Shown: positions 57,760 through 64,000 of the stretch, piece by piece
How positions within the stretch are numbered: the stretch's first letter is position 1
Layout: every line of letters begins with the position of its first letter
NCBI RefSeq assembly: GCF_009914755.1
Contig: NC_060935.1
Length of the DNA stretch: 64,000 nt
Reading direction: 5' to 3' (one strand)
From: the human T2T-CHM13v2.0 reference genome, Homo sapiens
Program-made: the position numbers and the translations under genes
The notes under the pieces: generated by a model
Told to the model about the DNA's origin: nothing
The model's input: only the letters and a program-made list of their open reading frames with translations
Databases searched by the model: none

Positions 57760-58915
57760 TCCAAGCTCCTGTCTCTGTGACTCAGATGTTCCATGGGAAG
57801 TTCAGTGTGTCCCAAACCAAACTCCTGCTCTTCTTCTGATCTTCCCCACTTCAGTTAGAAGCAACTCCATCCATCCAGTTGCTTGAATCCTCTCTCTACT
57901 CCACCCACATCTGATCTGACAGCAAAACCTATTGGTTTTACCTTCAAAGACAGCCAGAATCTGATCCATTCTCTCCACTACAGCCACCTTTTCCTAGGCC
58001 CCTATCACTGCTACTAATTGCCTTCACCTTTGCCCTGATCGAGCAGCAGAGTAGGGTGGGAAAAGCACAGAATCTGGAGCTAAACTGCCTCCATTGAAAA
58101 CCTGGTGCTGTGGCTGACTAGCTGTGTGACCTAGACAAGTTACTTATAACCTCTCTGTGCTTTCCTTTTCTTGGTGTAAAATGGGAACAATGATAGGACC
58201 TATGTCTTAAGAGTTGTTGTGAGGATTAAATGATTTAATATGCAGAAGGGACTTAAAATGGTGCCTGGCACATAGGAAGTGCTACGTAAGCATTAGCTTT
58301 TATTACTGTTGGTATTATTCCTAGCACAGCCTCAGAGTGAACCTGTTGACACATAAATCAGGCCATGTCACTCCTCTGTTCAAAACCTTCCAGTATCTCC
58401 CCTGGGATAAAATCCAAAGTTGGAAAGGCAACGAGGCCCTAGGTGAGCTGACCTCTGGTACTTCCTCTGTTTTTATTCTGTTCCAGCCTCGTGGGCCTTC
58501 TCACTTTTCCTGGCACACACCAGGCAATTCCTTCCTTAGGGTCTTTTCACTTGTCATTTCCTCTGCCTGGAACACATTTCCCCAGAGAGCCTCATGGTTT
58601 GCTCTCTAACCTCCTTCAGATCTATTCCAAGATCACCTTCTCAGGGAGGCCATCTCTGACCACCCTATTTAAAATTAAACCCAAATAATCTCCATTCCTT
58701 TTATTCTGATGTAGTTTCCTCCCTAGTGCCTATCACCATCTAATATACTATCTATTTTACTTATTTATTTAGTTTGCTCTCTGTCTCTTCTCATAAAGGT
58801 TGTAAGCCACATGAGTGTAGGATATTTTTGTCTGTTTGTTGACTGATATATTCCCAATGCTAGAATGGTTCTTGGCACATAATAGACGCTCAGTAAGTAT
58901 TTGTTCAGTGAATAA
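57760..58915 (+). mobile_element. L2 3' region interrupted by a MIR
   Basis: caactccatccatccagttgct...catgtcactcctctgttcaaaaccttcc...accttctcagggaggcc...ggcacataatagacgctcagtaagtatttgtt. Confidence 0.8.
58041..58320 (+). mobile_element. Near full-length MIR
   Basis: actagctgtgtgacctagacaagttactt...tgtaaaatgggaacaat...gttgttgtgaggattaaatga...gtgcctggcacatagg. Confidence 0.88.
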
Positions 58916-59879
58916 ATATAAAGACAGTTAAACCTGATGATCTTGAAGACCTCTCCTTTGAGATTAACGTTCTACGATTCTTTACCTGTATATCTTCTTA
59001 TGTGTGGAGTAGAGATGTTTGTAGTTATCCCATCTAACAGAGGTTAAATGATTTTTTAGGAGCTGCAGGAATGCTGGTAGCAGAAACAGTTCCAGAACCT
59101 GGATCTTGTGACGATGATTTCAGTCCTCTCCCTTTCTCTTTTAGCCTCTGCTAGCCCTGGATTGATTCATGTTTACTAAAAGGATGGATAAACAGACTCC
59201 TCTCATCCTTGGGAAGTAGGTAGGAGACAGTAAAATGAGGCTGGTCTGAGGAGGAGCCTGGAGTCTGTTTGATGAGTGTGAGGCTGATGCAGCGCCCAGC
59301 CGTGGTTGAAAGGGTTCATCGGTGCTTATGCTGGGCCATGAATCACCCAGATGATTCAGACGCTGGGAGGCCTGTCAGGGGAATCTCAGATGGAATTGAT
59401 GTATCAAGGTGTCGCTCTCTCTGAGCTATTTATCGGAAGTGACACTGAGGGAGATTGACAGGCAGTCACTGGACAAATAGGTAGATCACAGGCTCAAAGA
59501 GACTCCCTGTGGTACCTGTTGTGTGAGACAGGAGCAAGCCTCCACAGCGGCTCCTGCAAACTTGGCCAGCAGGCCCATTGCAACAGCAGGCAGGAGTAGT
59601 GTTGGGCGAATAGAAGTGATCCAGCCTCAGGACCTCACGGCCACTGGGGGTGGGCGATATTCTTATTTGTTTTTGTCTTCTGCTTTATTTCTTTTTGCCC
59701 TATCAGAGAGCCAGCTGGATCACTCCACATCATCCCCTGAGGTCAGCATTAAAGGGGCCCAATGGCTATACAGAGAATGTAGGTAGACCAGAATGCAATG
59801 TGTCACTGAGCTGGGGATGTGGGGTCCATTACATCTTCTCAGACCTGCACCAACCTGTCCACTTCCCACCAATGCAGTA

Positions 59880-60110
59880 ATGATGGTCAATGGTTATTGA
59901 GCATTTACTTCATTTCTGTTCAGCCCTTAACATGACTTAGATTATTTTGCCTTCACAACAGCCAAATGAGGTAGCGGTTATATTCCCCATATTTGAAGCT
60001 AAAGACATGAGCCTCTCAAGGTTAAGTTACATGGCTAAACATTGACAGTGGCCGAGCCAGGATTGCAATGTAGGTGTCTATTACTCAAGGCCTCAGTGTT
60101 GACCCCTAAA
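59880..60110 (-). mobile_element. MIR SINE
   Basis: ttattgagcatttac...cttcacaacagccaaatgaggtag...gtggccgagccaggattg. Confidence 0.65.
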
Positions 60111-60324
60111 CTTCACTCCATAGAAGGTCAGAGCCAGGCCTCGTCCCACTACTCAGCCAAGCCTTCCAAGTGCACCCATGAGGCATTTTTCCATTACTTT
60201 CCATTACTCCCAACACAGATGCTTAACCAAGCCCAAACCCATATTCCTTCTAATCCCCTTTCTCAAAGGCTTTTTTGTGTGTGTTTGTGTGTTGAGCATA
60301 GTGCCTGTCTCACAGCCAACATTA

Positions 60325-60876
<552 letters not shown>

Positions 60877-60919
60877 TCGAAGCCTAATTTAAATCTTCAC
60901 ATTCTTCATTTGATTATAA

Positions 60920-61455
60920 GTGTACCTTGGTGCAAAATGCAAGGGACGACTTGACAGAGGATAATAAATGCCTTAGAAATATGTTTATCCTTTGGCTCAG
61001 TACTTTTATTTCTAGGAACTTATCCTAAAGAAATAATCATACATGTCCATAAAGAGCTGAGCACCAGAATGTTCACTGAAGCATTGTTTAAGGTGGCACA
61101 AACTGGAAATCTCTGAAATGTCCAATAACAGAGGACTGGCAAAATTCATACACATTCTCTTTTACATCCATGCAAGAGAATTATTAGCAGTCATTAAAAA
61201 TAATGAAGATATATATCTATTGACACAAGAAATTAAGTGAAATAAGTAGGTTATAAAATAGTACACCCAGAATAATTTGATTTTTATTAATATTGTATGA
61301 ATATAAATACATGTATCGAAAAATGTCTGGAAGGGCATAGATCAACCTGTAGAGAGTCATTATCCTCAGGTAGGGATTATGGGTGATTTTTATTTTCTTC
61401 TTTTTACATATTCATTTTCTAATTTTCTGCAAAGCGCTTGTTTAAAAAAGAAAGA
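60920..61455 (+). mobile_element. Old L1ME 3' fragment
   Basis: ttctaggaacttatcctaaagaaataat...aatgttcactgaagcattgttt...aaatgtccaataacagaggactgg. Confidence 0.7.
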
Positions 61456-61651
61456 AAAAGGGGATGTTATCTAAGAAATATTTCCTGATTGCCTCTCACC
61501 TTCCTTAATCCTTCCTAGATCTGATGCTCCCACTGCCTGGCACTGTTTTAGCATGCGTGCTATTAGATCAATTGTAAGGGGCTAAGATTGTTCCCATAGG
61601 TGATTTTCATTACCTTTATAAACTCCTTGAGGGCTGGGGTTCTCTGTTTAA

Positions 61652-62047
<396 letters not shown>

Positions 62048-62574
62048 TGAGGTAGACAATAAAGAGAGTTGAATTCACCTTGCCCTTGGGGAAGAAGGAA
62101 GATGAAGACATTTCCCCCGGGCTGGGCAGAGGCCCAAATTAGCCCATGAGGCCAAAGGCAATAAATAATCCCCGGACCTCTGAGGTCAGGGCCCTGCCTC
62201 CTCCGCAGCCACCCTGACCTGCATAATGGGACCACAGGCAGTTATGATTCATGCACACACTGCCTGGGCTCCTGCCAGCCCGGTCTGAAGAAGCTTCACA
62301 GTTGGAACTGGATAGGCCTAAAAATATGGCCCCCCAGGGACAGCTTGGGCCATGCTCTGGGGAGCCTGGTGGGGCTAGAGGCCTAGAGAGAGTTCTTAGA
62401 ATCAGTACTGGAAACACAGGGCTGATTCAGCCTTCTTCTGTCTGCAGCTGGAGCCCCAGGGAGAAATCAACAGCCATAACCCAACCAGACAGAGCAAAAA
62501 GAAATGAGTTTAAAGCACCAGAAGGAGGACTTAGATAATAATAATGCAGTGAGTGGCTTGGGCAGCAACTGTTG

Positions 62575-62775
62575 CAATAATATCACCTCCCATTTGTACA
62601 GGACTTTACTGTGCACAAAATGCTCTTACATATATTATCGTATTTGACCCTCAGGACAACCCTGTGAAATAGACAATCTTTGCCGGGATTTTCAAGTGAG
62701 AGAGTTTGGAACTCAGAGAGATTAATCAATTCACCAGAAGTCACACAGCTAGTGAGAGGCCAGGTCTTTTGACTT
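62575..62775 (-). mobile_element. MIR SINE
   Basis: tttgaccctcaggacaaccctgtgaaatag...actcagagagattaatcaattcaccagaagtcacacagctagtgag. Confidence 0.7.
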
Positions 62776-63402
62776 TACAATGCTAAAAGGGGATCTACCT
62801 GAATGAACCAGAGGACATACAGAGCTAAAGAATAAAGAAATGTCATAGTTATCTTTTAAGAATAGAAGACTCCCCACTATGTTTGGAGGAAGTTCAGATA
62901 GAGAATCTGGCTGGGGAGGAAATAAAATGACTCCCCAAAGCCTCAAGCTTATACCAGGGCAGGTGGGAGGGCAGAAGGGCTGTGCCCATGAACACCAGAG
63001 TGTATATTTTGCCTTCAAACACATAATCTCCTAGCACAGTGACAATAGAGACTTGGCTTCTATTTTTAGACACCAGTGGATGTGGAGGATGGGGTCAACG
63101 ATGGAATTCTCAGCTCAGGCCTTAGACAAGACCCTCCACGGTGCAGTGTGTGCATGAGCAGAGGATGTAAGGAACTAGGGTGCAGGGAGAGTCAGACTAG
63201 TACTTATGAGATCTCAGGAAATTAGAAAGAAAAATAAATCTCTGAGTTTGTTTTTGTGAGCTCCAGAGGGGGATGGCAAGAGACTCAGTTGGGAAAAGCC
63301 AGCCAGGAAAACAGCTGCTCTGCCCATTCTATGAACGAAGAGGATGCATCCCAAGGGCCTATTTCCTCGTTCTAGAGAGTTTCCAAGGCAAGGCCTGAGT
63401 GA

Positions 63403-63580
<178 letters not shown>

Positions 63581-64000
63581 CTGAGTGGATTTTCTCCTTG
63601 CCTCACCTTTCATTTCCTGCCCAGTGGAGTGAAGAGGATTCTCCAGGTTTCTCAGCCACCACAGTTGGTATCCTTACCTCCATGAGAATTATTCATACCC
63701 TGTGAGGTGGTGAACTGGCTTGATGGGCCTCTCTTCCTGGGCTTTGTGAGCCTCAGGAATGCTGCCCAGCCAGGCCCAAGTCCTGGTCTGCATCATCTTT
63801 GCCTTAAGGAGGATGGTGCAATCCTCCATCCCTTGGCCCCAAGTGCTCAGACAACTTTGTTTCAAGGAGCAGAGTACAGTCAGAAAAACAGAAACCACTC
63901 TAGGCATTTCAACAGAAAGTATTTTATACAGGGGCTTGGTTAAATGGAAGGAAGCAGTCCTTACCTAGGTCTGGATGAACAATGAGGAGAACCTGGGGTT

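Noticed and set aside
63860-64000. Possible old LTR start at the window end
   Set aside because: Too diverged and truncated to assign

Overview
This is primate genomic DNA, very probably human: it carries an AluYb8-type insertion, a human-specific subfamily. The window looks entirely non-coding (intergenic or deep intronic). I find no credible protein-coding exon, rRNA, tRNA, CRISPR array or CpG island. The listed ORFs are repeat-derived or chance; the only real protein remnants are C-terminal LINE-1 ORF2p fragments at 19.3 kb and 55.5 kb. By eye roughly half the window is interspersed repeat: about 33 Alu/FLAM elements, many MIR and L2 fragments, old and primate L1 3' ends, hAT/Tigger MITEs (MER1A, MER45B, MER20, MER8, MER2, MER5) and at least six solo LTRs (MLT2, MER50, MER31-like, MER61, MLT1D, MSTA). 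There is one 3'-truncated U6 snRNA retrocopy. The items most worth a second look are: a MER61 LTR retaining a p53 response element; a young AluYb8; an old ~280-bp local duplication spanning an LTR junction; an apparent micro-inversion inside MER45B; a ~360-bp polypyrimidine tract grown out of an Alu tail; and several enhancer-like unique segments in a 9.5-kb Alu-free zone. I see no evidence of a novel biological system. Repeat family names come from recalled consensus sequences and should be confirmed with RepeatMasker/Dfam.
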